A stretch of DNA of 64,000 nt from Candidatus Poribacteria bacterium (lineage in GTDB: Bacteria > Poribacteria > WGA-4E > GCA-2687025): contig OY762492.1 in assembly GCA_963665845.2 (NCBI GenBank), positions 1,152,001-1,216,000 of the forward strand, read 5' to 3'. Positions within the stretch are counted from its first letter, which is position 1, and the number at the start of each line of letters is the position of its first letter. Shown here piece after piece: positions 52,244 through 62,674 of the stretch. The notes under the pieces were generated by a model. That model was not told where the DNA came from. It made no database searches and saw only the letters and a program-made list of their open reading frames with translations. A program made the translations under genes and the position numbers.

Positions 52244-53431
52244 ATGCTCCAAGCAGACGAAAACGGGCGTTTCGGCGAGTTTGGCGGACGCTTTGTGCCG
52301 GAAACGCTCATGCCCGCCGTGCTGGGACTGGAAGAGGCGTATCGGGAGATTCAATCGGACCCCGCCTTTGAGGAGGAGTTTCAGTTTTATCTGCGCGAAT
52401 ATGTCGGACGGCCGACGCCGCTTTATTTTGCGGAACGGCTCACCGCCGATCTGGGCGGCGCGAAAATCTATTTCAAACGCGAAGACCTGAACCATACCGG
52501 CGCCCACAAGATCAACAACGCTGTCGGACAGACGCTGCTCGCGCTGCGCATGGGCAAAAAGCGGGTCATCGCCGAGACGGGCGCCGGACAGCACGGCGTC
52601 GCGACGGCAACCGCATGCGCCAAATTCGGCGTCGAATGCGTCGTCTATATGGGCGAGGAGGACATCGAACGGCAAGCGTTGAATGTGTTTCGCATGAAGC
52701 TGCTGGGCGCGGAGGTTGTTCCTGTCTCGTCCGGCGCCGGCACCTTGAAGGACGCCATCAACAGCGCTTTTCGGGACTGGGTGACGAACGTACGTACAAC
52801 GTATTATCTTCTCGGCTCGGCATGCGGGACGCATCCGTATCCGACCATCGTGCGCGACATGCAGGCGGTCATCGGACGGGAGGCGCGCGCGCAGATACTT
52901 GAGAAGGAAGGGCGGCTTCCGGACTGCCTTTTGGCATGCGTCGGCGGCGGCAGCAACTCGATCGGCTTGTTCGCCCCGTTTTATGAAGACTCGGAGGTCG
53001 CCATGGTCGGCATCGAAGCGGGCGGAGAGGGGCTGAACAAGCGGCATGCGGCGCCGCTGACGGCAGGCTCCGTCGGCGTGTTTCACGGGGCGCGCTGCCA
53101 TCTTTTACAAGAAGCGGACGGGCAGATCACCCCTGCGCATTCGATCTCGGCGGGGCTGGATTATCCAGGCGTTGGTCCGGAGCATTCGCATTATCTGGCG
53201 ACGGGGCGCGCGCGGTATGCCGCCGTCACGGACGAGCAGGCGCTGGAGGGCTTTCAGCTGCTTTGCCGAACGGAAGGCATCATCCCTGCATTAGAGACGG
53301 CGCATGCGATCGCTTATCTTCCGCAACTGGCGCGGGAGCTTGGTCAAGGCGCTGTCGTCATCGCGAACCTGTCAGGCAGGGGGGACAAGGACACGAGCGT
53401 CGTCAGCGGCGCGTTAGGAGTCGCATTTTGA
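52244..53431 (+). CDS. trpB: Tryptophan synthase beta chain
   Basis: [18 protein letters not shown] and [11 protein letters not shown] motifs. Confidence 0.98.
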   Translation: MLQADENGRFGEFGGRFVPETLMPAVLGLEEAYREIQSDPAFEEEFQFYLREYVGRPTPLYFAERLTADLGGAKIYFKREDLNHTGAHKINNAVGQTLLALRMGKKRVIAETGAGQHGVATATACAKFGVECVVYMGEEDIERQALNVFRMKLLGAEVVPVSSGAGTLKDAINSAFRDWVTNVRTTYYLLGSACGTHPYPTIVRDMQAVIGREARAQILEKEGRLPDCLLACVGGGSNSIGLFAPFYEDSEVAMVGIEAGGEGLNKRHAAPLTAGSVGVFHGARCHLLQEADGQITPAHSISAGLDYPGVGPEHSHYLATGRARYAAVTDEQALEGFQLLCRTEGIIPALETAHAIAYLPQLARELGQGAVVIANLSGRGDKDTSVVSGALGVAF

Positions 53432-54228
53432 ACAGAATCGAGGCGCGGTTTGAACGGCTGCGCGCGGAAGGTCAAAAGGCGTTCATGCCGTATATCGCCG
53501 TCGGAGACCCGTCTCTCGCCGCGGCGGAGGAGATAACGCTCGCGCTGGATGAGGCGGGCGTCGATGTGATTGAGCTGGGCATACCGTTTTCCGATCCGAT
53601 TGCGGACGGACCTAGCATACAGCGGGCGTCGGAACGAGCGCTCGCGGCGGGGGCGTCGTTGGAGAAGGGGCTGCGGATGGCGGAGAAGTTAAGCCCCTCC
53701 ATGCAGTCATGCCCCGTCGTCATGTGTTACTACAACCCGATTTATCGATACGGCGTCGAGTCGTTTTGCGAGGCGGCGGCGCAGGCGGGCGTGGACGGCG
53801 TCATTGTTCCCGACCTGCCGCTGGAGGAGTCGGGAGAGCTGTACGAGGCGTCGCTGTCGCGCGGCATTGCGCTCATTTTTTTGACAGCGCCGACCAGTTC
53901 GCCGGAGCGCGCGCGGCGCATCGCGCAAAGATCGCGCGGGTTTGTGTACGCGGTGTCGCTGCTGGGCGTGACAGGCGCGCGCGCCGCGGTCAGCGCCGAC
54001 CTGGCGCCGTTGATGAAAACGCTGCGCGCCGCGACCGACAAGCCTCTCTGCGTCGGCTTCGGCGTCGGCAACGCCGAGCAGGCGAGAGCGGTCGCCCAAA
54101 TCGCAGACGGCGTCATCGTCGGCAGCGCGCTCGTCAATGTGATTGAGGCGCATATCGGCAAACCGAACCTTGTCGAGGCGGCGCAGGCGTTTGCGGTCGA
54201 ATTGAGGCGGGCGGTGAAGTCGGTTTAG
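53428..54228 (+). CDS. trpA: Tryptophan synthase alpha chain
   Basis: [27 protein letters not shown] and DGVIVGSA motifs. Confidence 0.97.
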   Translation: MNRIEARFERLRAEGQKAFMPYIAVGDPSLAAAEEITLALDEAGVDVIELGIPFSDPIADGPSIQRASERALAAGASLEKGLRMAEKLSPSMQSCPVVMCYYNPIYRYGVESFCEAAAQAGVDGVIVPDLPLEESGELYEASLSRGIALIFLTAPTSSPERARRIAQRSRGFVYAVSLLGVTGARAAVSADLAPLMKTLRAATDKPLCVGFGVGNAEQARAVAQIADGVIVGSALVNVIEAHIGKPNLVEAAQAFAVELRRAVKSV

Positions 54229-54333
54229 CTGTTCAACTCGTCTTAAATGGGCGCCTCGAAGCGCAATTTCAGCCTCCATGTTGCGTTGAAACAAACGGCG
54301 CTGCGACGCTTTGGACGCATAGGACCGTTTCGG

Positions 54334-55554
54334 TCATTCTGGTTCCTCGTCCATTTGAAGTTCGGGAAACGGGTTCCGGGCTTCTTCCCAGACCGCGCTG
54401 TCGGCGGCGGCGAGGCGTTCGTCAAGCAGGCATGCGTCGAGGCGAGCGCGTATCGCCGCTTCGGGCATCTGCTGCCCGATGAAAACGATCTGCTGCGCGC
54501 GATCGCCGAAGCGGGGATGCCAGTCCGGTTGCCGGTCTGGTCGTTGATCCTCTGGATGCTCCCAGTGTTCGCGAGGTACCGCCGCCCACCACATCCCAAA
54601 AGGTTCCACACTGCTGACGCCGCCAGCTTGCGCCCACTCGTAGACGACCCGATGGTCCGCGGCGACCCAAAAGAAGCCCTTCGAGCGAAGTACGCCGGTC
54701 CAGTTCTCGTCGTCATGCAGGAACTTCCACAGCTTCTCGGCGTCGAAGGGTTGAGACGTCCGATAGGTGAAGCTCGATATTCCGTATTCCTCAGTCTCCG
54801 GCGTGTGCTTACCCTGAAGCTCTCGAATCCAGCCGGCGGAGCTCTCCGCCTTCTCGTAGTCGAACAGGTTCGTATTGAGCACGTTTTCGAGCGGGACCTG
54901 TCCGCGCGTCGTCTTGAGGATCCGGGCGCCGGGGTTGAGCGCTTTCACGATAGCCTCGACCTTGAGCGCCTCATCACGGCTCACGAGATCAAGCTTGTTG
55001 AGCGCGATGACGTCGGCGAACTCGATCTGGTCGATGAGCAGGTCGGTTACCGTCCTGTGATCTTCTTCGCCCAGCGATTCACCGCGCGCCTGGAGCGTGT
55101 CGGCGGCGTTGTAGTCCTGCAGAAAGCTCGCTGTGTCAACGACCGTGACCATCGTGTCGAGACGCGAAACATGACTCAGGCTCACACCGTTCTCGTCCTC
55201 GAAGGTGAAGGTCTGCGCGATCGGAATAGGCTCCGAGATCCCTGTGGACTCAATGAGCAAGTAGTCGAAGCGATCCTCCTGCGCGAGCCGCAAGACCTCG
55301 GCGAGCAGGTCGTCTCGCAGCGTGCAGCAGATGCAGCCGTTCGTCATCTCGACCAGCTTCTCCTCGGTCCGGGAGAGTTCTGCGCCGCCGCGCTCAACGA
55401 GCGCGGCGTCAATGTTGACCTCGCTCATGTCGTTGACGATGACCGCGACGCGCATGCCCTCGCGGTTGTTAAGCGCGTTGTTGAGTAGTGTGGTCTTGCC
55501 TGCGCCGAGAAAGCCGGACAGGACAGTAACGGGAAGTTTCTTGGATAGGGACAT
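54334..55554 (-). CDS. COG0523/CobW GTPase metallochaperone (ZigA/YciC-like)
   Basis: GFLGAGKTT, NGCICCTLR, ESTG, NKLD and RSKG motifs. Confidence 0.93.
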   Translation of the reverse strand: MSLSKKLPVTVLSGFLGAGKTTLLNNALNNREGMRVAVIVNDMSEVNIDAALVERGGAELSRTEEKLVEMTNGCICCTLRDDLLAEVLRLAQEDRFDYLLIESTGISEPIPIAQTFTFEDENGVSLSHVSRLDTMVTVVDTASFLQDYNAADTLQARGESLGEEDHRTVTDLLIDQIEFADVIALNKLDLVSRDEALKVEAIVKALNPGARILKTTRGQVPLENVLNTNLFDYEKAESSAGWIRELQGKHTPETEEYGISSFTYRTSQPFDAEKLWKFLHDDENWTGVLRSKGFFWVAADHRVVYEWAQAGGVSSVEPFGMWWAAVPREHWEHPEDQRPDRQPDWHPRFGDRAQQIVFIGQQMPEAAIRARLDACLLDERLAAADSAVWEEARNPFPELQMDEEPE

Positions 55555-55630
55555 TTAGTTTCCTCACTAAAATGATGATATACAACAGCGAATCATTCAA
55601 ACCGACGGCGATTCGGTTTGCGATTGCGCT

Positions 55631-56677
55631 TCACCTGTTGCCCGTTCGCCAAACCGTCGCGCCGCCCTGAGCGTCAAGCGCCGCAAGCGCGCGTCCATCT
55701 GGTCGCCAGTACAAGGCGCTGACAGCGTCTGCCACAAGCGCAATTCCTGTCGGATTGCCTTGTCCATCGCGCCTGAGCGACCACACAACTACGCCGCCAT
55801 CCCGAGCTCCCGAAGCCAGGCGCATCCCGCGGCGAGCGAAGGCGAGCGTTGTGACAGGTTGAACATGAAGGTCCAGAACGCCGGGCCGCGCGCCTTCGGG
55901 ACCGCTTCCCCGAAAGCTCCAGACCGTCACCGCCTCGCTTCCGCCGGTGGCCAAAAGGGCTCCCGTGTCATCGAAAGCCAGAGCCGACGGTTTGCCAGGA
56001 TATCCGGACATCATGGAGTCCTGCTTCGTGGAGCGACGCCAGAAATGCACCGAGTTGTCCTGGCTGCCGCAGGCAACGATTTCCCCGTCCGGACTCAGCG
56101 CCATCGACACCAGGGAGCCTTTCCACTCCAGCTTCTGGCGACGTTCCCCCGTGGATGCGTCGAAGAACATCACTTGACCGTAACAGGCCGTTGCCAGCTC
56201 CCCTGCGCTGGACCAGGCGATCGCGCTGACGGTACTGGGATGATCATCAGATCGCCAGACCTCTCCGCCGTCGGCGCCATACGCGCAAACCTGCCGGGAG
56301 CAGGAGGCCGCCAGCCATTGGCCGTCCGGCGACCACGCCACGTTCTCCACCCAATCGCTGCCGACGTCGATAGCCTGTTTTACCTGACCTTCGGCGACAC
56401 TCCAGATAAGGACTCGTCCGTCCTGGCCAGCCGTAGCGAACTCGGTTCCGCTTGGGTGGATCGCCATCGCGAGCATGCCGCCATCATGAGCCCCCTGCCG
56501 GTCCCAGGCGCTTGCGCCGGACTTGCCGTCGAACGCGTAGATGCCGCCCGCGGCGTCGCCGACCGCCAGCGCCTCACCGCGGAGGGTCCAGCCCCCGGCG
56601 ATGGCGTAGTCGCCGACCACGGCAGACCAGCCCCGGCGAAGAACACCCTTTGGGCTGACGAGATTCAAATCAGACAT
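55631..56677 (-). CDS. WD40 repeat protein associated with CobW
   Basis: WD40 repeats; lies between two COG0523 genes. Confidence 0.88.
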   Translation of the reverse strand: MSDLNLVSPKGVLRRGWSAVVGDYAIAGGWTLRGEALAVGDAAGGIYAFDGKSGASAWDRQGAHDGGMLAMAIHPSGTEFATAGQDGRVLIWSVAEGQVKQAIDVGSDWVENVAWSPDGQWLAASCSRQVCAYGADGGEVWRSDDHPSTVSAIAWSSAGELATACYGQVMFFDASTGERRQKLEWKGSLVSMALSPDGEIVACGSQDNSVHFWRRSTKQDSMMSGYPGKPSALAFDDTGALLATGGSEAVTVWSFRGSGPEGARPGVLDLHVQPVTTLAFARRGMRLASGARDGGVVVWSLRRDGQGNPTGIALVADAVSALYWRPDGRALAALDAQGGATVWRTGNR

Positions 56678-58011
56678 GCCTCGAATCCCTGCCGCATGCT
56701 CTGCTCATCGAGGTTGCGGCCGATGAAGACGAGCTGATTGCGCCGGGGCGAGTTCCCCCATGGACGCTCCGGCTGGCCGTCAAAGAGCATGTGAACCCCC
56801 TGGAAGACGAAGCGACGCGACTCACCCGCGAGGCTGATGAAGCCCTTCATTCGGAAGATGTCCACCCCGCGCTCGCGGAGCAGTTCGCCAAGCCAGACGT
56901 TGAGCCTTTCGGAATCTACGTCGCCGTCCATCTCGATCGCGAATGAGCCCACCTCGTCGTCGTGCTCGTGCTGTGCGACCCATGTGCGCTCAACCTCTTG
57001 CTTGATTGTCGCTCCTTCTGCGTTCATCAGTTGGAGATCGAACTCCTCCGCGGTGTGCTGGGCGTAGAAGCCAACCCGCATCTGCGTGTCGACCTCCAGG
57101 AAGAACGATTTGCGCCCTGCGGAATCGAGTTGGAGGTTCACATGTTTTCCGATAGGAATCTCTTCACCCGGGCGAATGAACTCCGCAGGTTCGGCGTACC
57201 GCCGCACACACCACTCGGCGCCCTCACGGAAGGCAGCGTCATCCGCGCCCTGGTCGGACACGGCAACGAGCGACATCGTCGGATCAGGTCCATCGGCGAG
57301 GCTGAGTTCGCAGCGGCCGATATCAAGCGAATAGACTCCAGTCCATTCGAACGGATACTCCGGCTCAAGGAAGGCGGGACGACGATCTAGCATCAGGTCC
57401 AGGTCGAAGGCGTCGAGGTTGAGTACCTTGTCCAGGGAGACGTTCGCCCGCTCGCTACGCACGACTTGCGCCATTCGGTTCATGCCCTGGATACGAGTCT
57501 CGATTCTGTCAAGCGCCTCGCCGTCAACGAGGTCCGTCTTGTTAAGAACAAGAACATCCGCGAACGCGATCTGTTCCGTGCTCTCGTCGCTTCGTCCGAG
57601 CTGCTGCTCGATGTGTGCTGCGTCAACGAGCGTGACGATCCCGTCAAGCGCGAACTCCGCGCGAATCTCGTCGTCCATGAAGAAGGTTTGAGCGACCGGA
57701 CCGGGATCGGCAAGCCCCGTGGTCTCAACCAACACGTAGTCGAACTTGTCTCGGCGCTTCATGAGGTTGCCTAGCACGCGAATCAGGTCTCCGCGCACCG
57801 TGCAGCAGATGCAGCCGTTCGACATTTCAAAGATCTCCTCGTCAGCATTGATGACGAGCTCATGATCGATGCCGACCTCCCCGTATTCGTTCTCGATCAC
57901 GGCAATGCGCTTGCCATGCTCCTCACTCAATATCCGGTTGAGCAGGGTCGTCTTGCCAGAGCCGAGGAAGCCGGTGAGGATGGAAACAGGTACTTTTCGT
58001 TGTGCGTTCAT
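56665..58011 (-). CDS. COG0523/CobW GTPase with an extra inserted domain
   Basis: GFLGSGKTT, NGCICCTVR, ETTG, NKTD, RMKG and FQGVH motifs; ~130-aa insertion after EPEYPFEW. Confidence 0.92.
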   Translation of the reverse strand: MNAQRKVPVSILTGFLGSGKTTLLNRILSEEHGKRIAVIENEYGEVGIDHELVINADEEIFEMSNGCICCTVRGDLIRVLGNLMKRRDKFDYVLVETTGLADPGPVAQTFFMDDEIRAEFALDGIVTLVDAAHIEQQLGRSDESTEQIAFADVLVLNKTDLVDGEALDRIETRIQGMNRMAQVVRSERANVSLDKVLNLDAFDLDLMLDRRPAFLEPEYPFEWTGVYSLDIGRCELSLADGPDPTMSLVAVSDQGADDAAFREGAEWCVRRYAEPAEFIRPGEEIPIGKHVNLQLDSAGRKSFFLEVDTQMRVGFYAQHTAEEFDLQLMNAEGATIKQEVERTWVAQHEHDDEVGSFAIEMDGDVDSERLNVWLGELLRERGVDIFRMKGFISLAGESRRFVFQGVHMLFDGQPERPWGNSPRRNQLVFIGRNLDEQSMRQGFEACLI

Positions 58012-58317
58012 CTAGTTCTCCTGGAGCAGAGGTACGAGTATTGAAATTTGGACGTCAAATCCCCACGCCGCGCAGACCTGAACCAGATCCTTGGCGTCAA
58101 CGGCGTCCATGGGTTTGTGCATCTTGCACTGAAGCGGCGGCGCATCCGGCCGAAGCAGGCAAATCACGGTTTCGACGGGCGCGCAACCTTCTTCGAGACA
58201 AGCCAGCTCAGTGACCGTGATCGCGATGTCATTGGAAAGGCTCCGCGCTTCGCGCAACGCCTCCTTGATGTATCGAACCCGTTCGCGGTCCGGGCGCCGC
58301 GGCGATGTGTTGATCAA
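58012..58317 (-). CDS. Small conserved-looking protein with an EL.C...GC.P.ET motif
   Basis: TELACLEEGCAPVET; coupled to both neighbours. Confidence 0.75.
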   Translation of the reverse strand: MINTSPRRPDRERVRYIKEALREARSLSNDIAITVTELACLEEGCAPVETVICLLRPDAPPLQCKMHKPMDAVDAKDLVQVCAAWGFDVQISILVPLLQEN

Positions 58318-59738
58318 TAGGCGCTCTCCTTTGAAATGGGCGGCTTAACGCGCACGTTCGTCTCTCGGCCGTTGCTGCCAGCGAACTCAATATCGATCGG
58401 CAAGTCCTCTTTGTTGTTGCCGCTAAATTTGACGTTCAAGGCGCCGTTTTCACGCTTGATTTCAACATTCAAGCCGATTTCTTCCAAGAAATGCGTACCC
58501 TCCGAGAGAACGTATTCTTTCTTCTCTCCGCCCTTCGCGGCCGCCGAGAATCGAAACTCGTCCGTACTCAAAACTTCAGACAGGCTTTCTGACCGGCGTT
58601 GAAGGTTTTCCAATTTCTCGCGCCGCTCCTTCGTTTCGCCGTACAGCTCTATCAACAGCTCCTGACAGCGTACCGCCTTTTCATGCGGCAGCGCGCCTTC
58701 CAATTGCCGCTCGCCGTCTAAGCGTATGTATTCTGTCCACGCTTCCGCCTTCCCTTCGTATTGAGGTCCAAGTTCCTGGATCAGCATCTCCAGCTTATCG
58801 GCTGCCGGTTCCGTTTCCTCTTTCAGCGCCGCCATTTCGTCTTTCCACCGCTTCTTGAGACGCAGACGCCCCAGTTCTCTTTTGCAATTGGAGCAGTCGC
58901 AGAAGACCTCGATTCGCAGCTCTTGCCGCCGAATCGACTTCTTCGCTGACAGCTCGTTCAAGGCAAGTTCTCCGTCCAGGCGGATATACTCTGTCCACGC
59001 TTGCTCTTTCTTCTCATCGTATTTAGGACCGAGTTCTTCGACGAGCGCGTCCAGTTTCTTTTCGGCGGCTTTCTTGTCCGTTATCTTTTTCAAGGCGGCG
59101 CGCTCTTTTTTCCAGCGCACTTTGGCGCGCGTCCGTTTCAAATGCCTCCGGCGGTTTTTAGTGGGCCCGTAAAGATCGATTTGCAGTTCCGTCCGCCGAG
59201 CCGACTTTTCAAACTTCAGCCTTCCGTTCAGGGCGAGTTCTCCGTCCAGGCGGATATACTCCGTCCACGCTTGCTCTTTCTCCGCGTCGTATTGGGATCC
59301 GATCTCTTTGATGAGCGCATCCAGTTTCTTTTCGGCGGCGTTCTCATCCTCCATCTTTTTCAGGGCGTCTCTTTCTTTTACCCATCGCAGTTCGACGCGC
59401 GCTCGGTTCAGATCCCTGCGGCGCGTACCGTTTTCAGCGAACAGCTGGATGTCCAGCTCGCGGTAGACCACCAGCTCCTCCGCCGAAAGCCCTGGGATGT
59501 TCGGAAGCGTGTATTTGCCTTTCAGCTTGAGATACTCCGTCCAAACAGGGTCGCCGCCGCGGTATTTTTCGGCGAACTGCTCCGCCATGTCGTTCAGCTT
59601 TTTCTCCGCCTTCTCCCTGTCCGCTATCTTCCGCAGCTCATCCAGCTGGTCGCTGTAATCCCACAGGGCGTACACGACGCGGTGAAAGCCCGCGCGAAGA
59701 CGGCGCCCAAGCCCCCCCTGCGCATTCGATTCCATCAT
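58314..59738 (-). CDS. Hypothetical helical protein with four ~90-aa repeats
   Basis: (E/D)KKL...Y....WTEY(I/L)(R/K)L.G occurs four times; ATGA overlap with the upstream gene. Confidence 0.75.
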   Translation of the reverse strand: MMESNAQGGLGRRLRAGFHRVVYALWDYSDQLDELRKIADREKAEKKLNDMAEQFAEKYRGGDPVWTEYLKLKGKYTLPNIPGLSAEELVVYRELDIQLFAENGTRRRDLNRARVELRWVKERDALKKMEDENAAEKKLDALIKEIGSQYDAEKEQAWTEYIRLDGELALNGRLKFEKSARRTELQIDLYGPTKNRRRHLKRTRAKVRWKKERAALKKITDKKAAEKKLDALVEELGPKYDEKKEQAWTEYIRLDGELALNELSAKKSIRRQELRIEVFCDCSNCKRELGRLRLKKRWKDEMAALKEETEPAADKLEMLIQELGPQYEGKAEAWTEYIRLDGERQLEGALPHEKAVRCQELLIELYGETKERREKLENLQRRSESLSEVLSTDEFRFSAAAKGGEKKEYVLSEGTHFLEEIGLNVEIKRENGALNVKFSGNNKEDLPIDIEFAGSNGRETNVRVKPPISKESAY

Positions 59739-60343
59739 CGGAACCGTTCCTCCTTCCAAGGATCGCCGTCCATATGGTAGCCGTTGCGTTCCCAGAAGCC
59801 GGGTTCATCGGCGGGCATGAACTCAATGCCGCGAAGCCACTTGGCGCTTTTCCATGCATACCGCTTGGGGACGATGGAGCGGAGCGGCCAGCCATGTTCA
59901 GGGTCGATGTTCTCGCCGTCCAGTTTGTAAGCGAGCAGGACATCGTCGTCCAGCAGAACCTCTAAAGAGACGTTTGTGGTGTATCCGCCGTCGCAGTGAA
60001 ACATGGCGAATCGCGCTTCAGGTTTCAGTTGAACATGTTTCATGATCTCGTGGATCGAGACGCCTTCCCATCGATTTTCCAGACGGCTCCATGTGGTGAC
60101 GCAGTGGAAATCGGCGGTCACTTCGATGGTCGGGAGCTGCATAAACTGCTCATATGTCCAGCGCGCCTGCTCTTCAACAAGCCCCCATACGCGGAAGTCC
60201 CACGTTTCAGGATCGAAGCTGGGCGTCGGTCCGTAAGTGAGGACAGGGAATTTGTCGGTGAGGTATTGTCCAGGGGGCGTTCGTTTGGCGGATTCTTCGA
60301 CCGATAAACCGGTGCGGGGAGACGGTTTTTTTCTGAAAAGCAT
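59735..60343 (-). CDS. Sulfite oxidase-like molybdopterin oxidoreductase (YuiH-like)
   Basis: PPGQY, DFHCVTTWS, HGWPLR, YAWKSAKW and GFWE.NGYH motifs. Confidence 0.92.
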   Translation of the reverse strand: MLFRKKPSPRTGLSVEESAKRTPPGQYLTDKFPVLTYGPTPSFDPETWDFRVWGLVEEQARWTYEQFMQLPTIEVTADFHCVTTWSRLENRWEGVSIHEIMKHVQLKPEARFAMFHCDGGYTTNVSLEVLLDDDVLLAYKLDGENIDPEHGWPLRSIVPKRYAWKSAKWLRGIEFMPADEPGFWERNGYHMDGDPWKEERFR

Positions 60344-60416
60344 GCGTATCTCCTGACCTAATCTGGACTGCTTACTTTAGGATACAGCGGCGGCGGCGCA
60401 GGCGCAACCCTCGCTT

Positions 60417-60606
60417 CTGACCTTACGTCTTTAGTTGGGACATGCCGACGGGCAAACGCGGACGTTGTCTGCGGCGCCTCTAGATTCCCGCTTGCGCGGG
60501 AATGCATGTCCTCGCGGAAGCGGGGAACGGTCTGGTTGGCGGCGCCTTTTTCCCATGAATAGAGCGATCGTCGGTTCAAATGTCCCAACTTTATGCATGA
60601 GGTCAG
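60417..60606. mobile_element. MITE family A copy (long variant)
   Basis: CTGACCTTACGTCTTTAGTTGGGACAT ... ATGTCCCAACTTTATGCATGAGGTCAG. Confidence 0.88.
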
Positions 60607-60684
60607 GGCGTTCCGCTTGAAAAATGGCGCGGGAGCGGTCATCATACTGATCAAATGTGCGGGCGAGATGAAAGGGCGGCTTGT

Positions 60685-61002
60685 ATGCGTTGGAAGTTAC
60701 TCGGCGCGGCGCTTCTGCTGGGAGCGATGACCCAGTGCGGAGGCGACATGGCAAACAACGGCAAGGCGAACGTGGAGGGGCGGCCGGCGTCGGCGTATGT
60801 GTACGAGTTTCGGACGCCGGAGGAGCTGCGCGAGTTCCGTTTCCCGACCGACGCGGTCGGCGCCGTCGGCTTTCGGTTGACCCGCATTGAAAAAGAGACG
60901 CAGGAGTTTCGCGCCGTTCCGTTTTTCAGCGAAGACGGACACCACGATCTGGACGACGATTTTGTCAACACCGAACTGATCCGCATCATCGTTTTTCGTT
61001 GA
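60685..61002 (+). CDS. Small hypothetical putative lipoprotein
   Basis: MRWKLLGAALLLGAMTQC signal-like N-terminus; adjacent to tsaD. Confidence 0.55.
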   Translation: MRWKLLGAALLLGAMTQCGGDMANNGKANVEGRPASAYVYEFRTPEELREFRFPTDAVGAVGFRLTRIEKETQEFRAVPFFSEDGHHDLDDDFVNTELIRIIVFR

Positions 61003-61005
61003 CCG

Positions 61006-62013
61006 ATGGCTCTTCTTCTCGGCATCGACACCTCATGCGACGACACCTCCGCCGCCGTTGTAGAGAACGGGCGGAATATCCTATCGAACGTCGTCTCGTC
61101 GCAGGTTTCAACGCACGCGCAATTCGGCGGCGTGGTGCCGGAGCTTGCCTCCCGCAAGCATGCGGAGAACATCACACGCGTCATTGACGCCGCATTGAAG
61201 ACGGCCGGCGCAGAGCTGAACGATCTGGACGCGGTCGCCGTAACGAACCGCCCTGGTTTGATTGGCGCGCTGCTGGTCGGCGTGGAGGCGGCGAAGGCGC
61301 TCGCGTTTGCCCGTTCCCTTCCGCTCATTGACGTTCATCATATTGAGGGGCATATTTACGCGCCGTCGATGACGACGGATCTGCCGTTTCCGCATCTTTG
61401 CCTGACCGTGTCGGGGGGGCATACGCTTTTGGCGATGGTTGAGGCGGATTGGACGATGACGGAGATCGGCTCCACGCTGGACGACGCGGCGGGCGAAGCG
61501 TTCGACAAGACGGCGAAAATGCTCGGCTTGGGTTTCCCCGGCGGACCTGAAATTGACCGCCTCGCGCAGGAGAATCAGGAGACGCCTGTTACGTTTCCGG
61601 TCCCGATGCGCAATAAACCTGGGTACGATTTCAGTTACAGCGGTTTGAAAACGGCGGTGCGCTACTATCTTGAAAAACAGGGAGGGGCCGATTCCGCGTC
61701 CGCGTCGGCTGTCGCGGCCGGCTTTCAGGAGGCGGCGGTGGAGGCGCTGATCCATAAAACGTTTCGGGCGGCGAAAGAGACGGGCGTTCAGGCGGCGACG
61801 ATCACGGGCGGGGTGGCATGCAATTCGCTGCTGCGCCGGCGGGCCGCGGAGCGCGGAAAAGAGCTCGGCATTTTGACAGCGTATCCGCCCCCGGCGCTCT
61901 GCGTCGACAACGGGGCGATGATCGCCGGCATTGGATATGTCCGTTGGATACAGGGGCGGGAAGCGAGTCTCAACCTGTCCGCGGCGCCGAACGGGGAGCT
62001 GCCGAACCGGTGA
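61006..62013 (+). CDS. tsaD: tRNA N6-adenosine threonylcarbamoyltransferase
   Basis: GIDTSCDDT, GGVVPELASR, HHIEGH, VSGGHT, DDAAGEAFDK and DNGAMI motifs. Confidence 0.97.
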   Translation: MALLLGIDTSCDDTSAAVVENGRNILSNVVSSQVSTHAQFGGVVPELASRKHAENITRVIDAALKTAGAELNDLDAVAVTNRPGLIGALLVGVEAAKALAFARSLPLIDVHHIEGHIYAPSMTTDLPFPHLCLTVSGGHTLLAMVEADWTMTEIGSTLDDAAGEAFDKTAKMLGLGFPGGPEIDRLAQENQETPVTFPVPMRNKPGYDFSYSGLKTAVRYYLEKQGGADSASASAVAAGFQEAAVEALIHKTFRAAKETGVQAATITGGVACNSLLRRRAAERGKELGILTAYPPPALCVDNGAMIAGIGYVRWIQGREASLNLSAAPNGELPNR

Positions 62014-62600
62014 ACGATCCTGTTCAAGAAGCGGCGCGGCGGCTGCGCCTCGGCGAGATCGTCGCCATGCCGACCGACACGGTGTACGGCGTCGCGGCGG
62101 ATCCGCGCAACCCCGAAGCGATTCGCAAGCTGTATGAGGCGAAACGGCGCGACTTGTCGAAACCGATACCGCTTCTGCTGTCAGACGTCTCGGCGATGGA
62201 GAACGTATGCGGCGCTCCATCGCGGACAGCGCGCCGTTTGGCGGAGCGTTTTTTCCCCGGTCCGTTGACGCTGGTCATGCGTCTCGCGGCGCCGTTTCCG
62301 CCGATACTGAACGCGGGAGGCGAAACCATCGGCGTCCGCGTCCCCGACCATGAGACGGCGCGCCGTCTCATACGGCAAATGGGCGGAGCGTTGGCGGTCA
62401 CCAGCGCGAATCTGTCCGGCAAAGCGCCCGCTTCTAAGGTTGAGGAGTTGGATCCCGCCTTTGAGAATCTGTTCGTTTTAGACGGCGGTCCGACAGGGGG
62501 CGTTCAGGCGTCGACGGTGGTGGATGCGTCGCGGGAGCCGCCGGTTATTTTGCGGGAGGGCGTTTTGCCGGTTTCTGCGGTCATGGATGCGATTCGATGA
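62010..62600 (+). CDS. tsaC: Threonylcarbamoyl-AMP synthase (YrdC/Sua5)
   Basis: PTDTVYG, K.R, PGPLT, TSANLSG and STVVD motifs; GTG overlaps the tsaD stop. Confidence 0.93.
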   Translation: MNDPVQEAARRLRLGEIVAMPTDTVYGVAADPRNPEAIRKLYEAKRRDLSKPIPLLLSDVSAMENVCGAPSRTARRLAERFFPGPLTLVMRLAAPFPPILNAGGETIGVRVPDHETARRLIRQMGGALAVTSANLSGKAPASKVEELDPAFENLFVLDGGPTGGVQASTVVDASREPPVILREGVLPVSAVMDAIR

Positions 62601-62674
62601 GTCGGTCGGTTTTAAAATAAAAAGCGCCGCGCAAGCTCGAAGCCGCGCAGCGCTGTCGTGTCAGGGCGACTCGG

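Noticed and set aside
55560-55600. Zur box upstream of the second CobW gene
   Set aside because: AAATGATGATATACAAC is only weakly palindromic, which is insufficient support.
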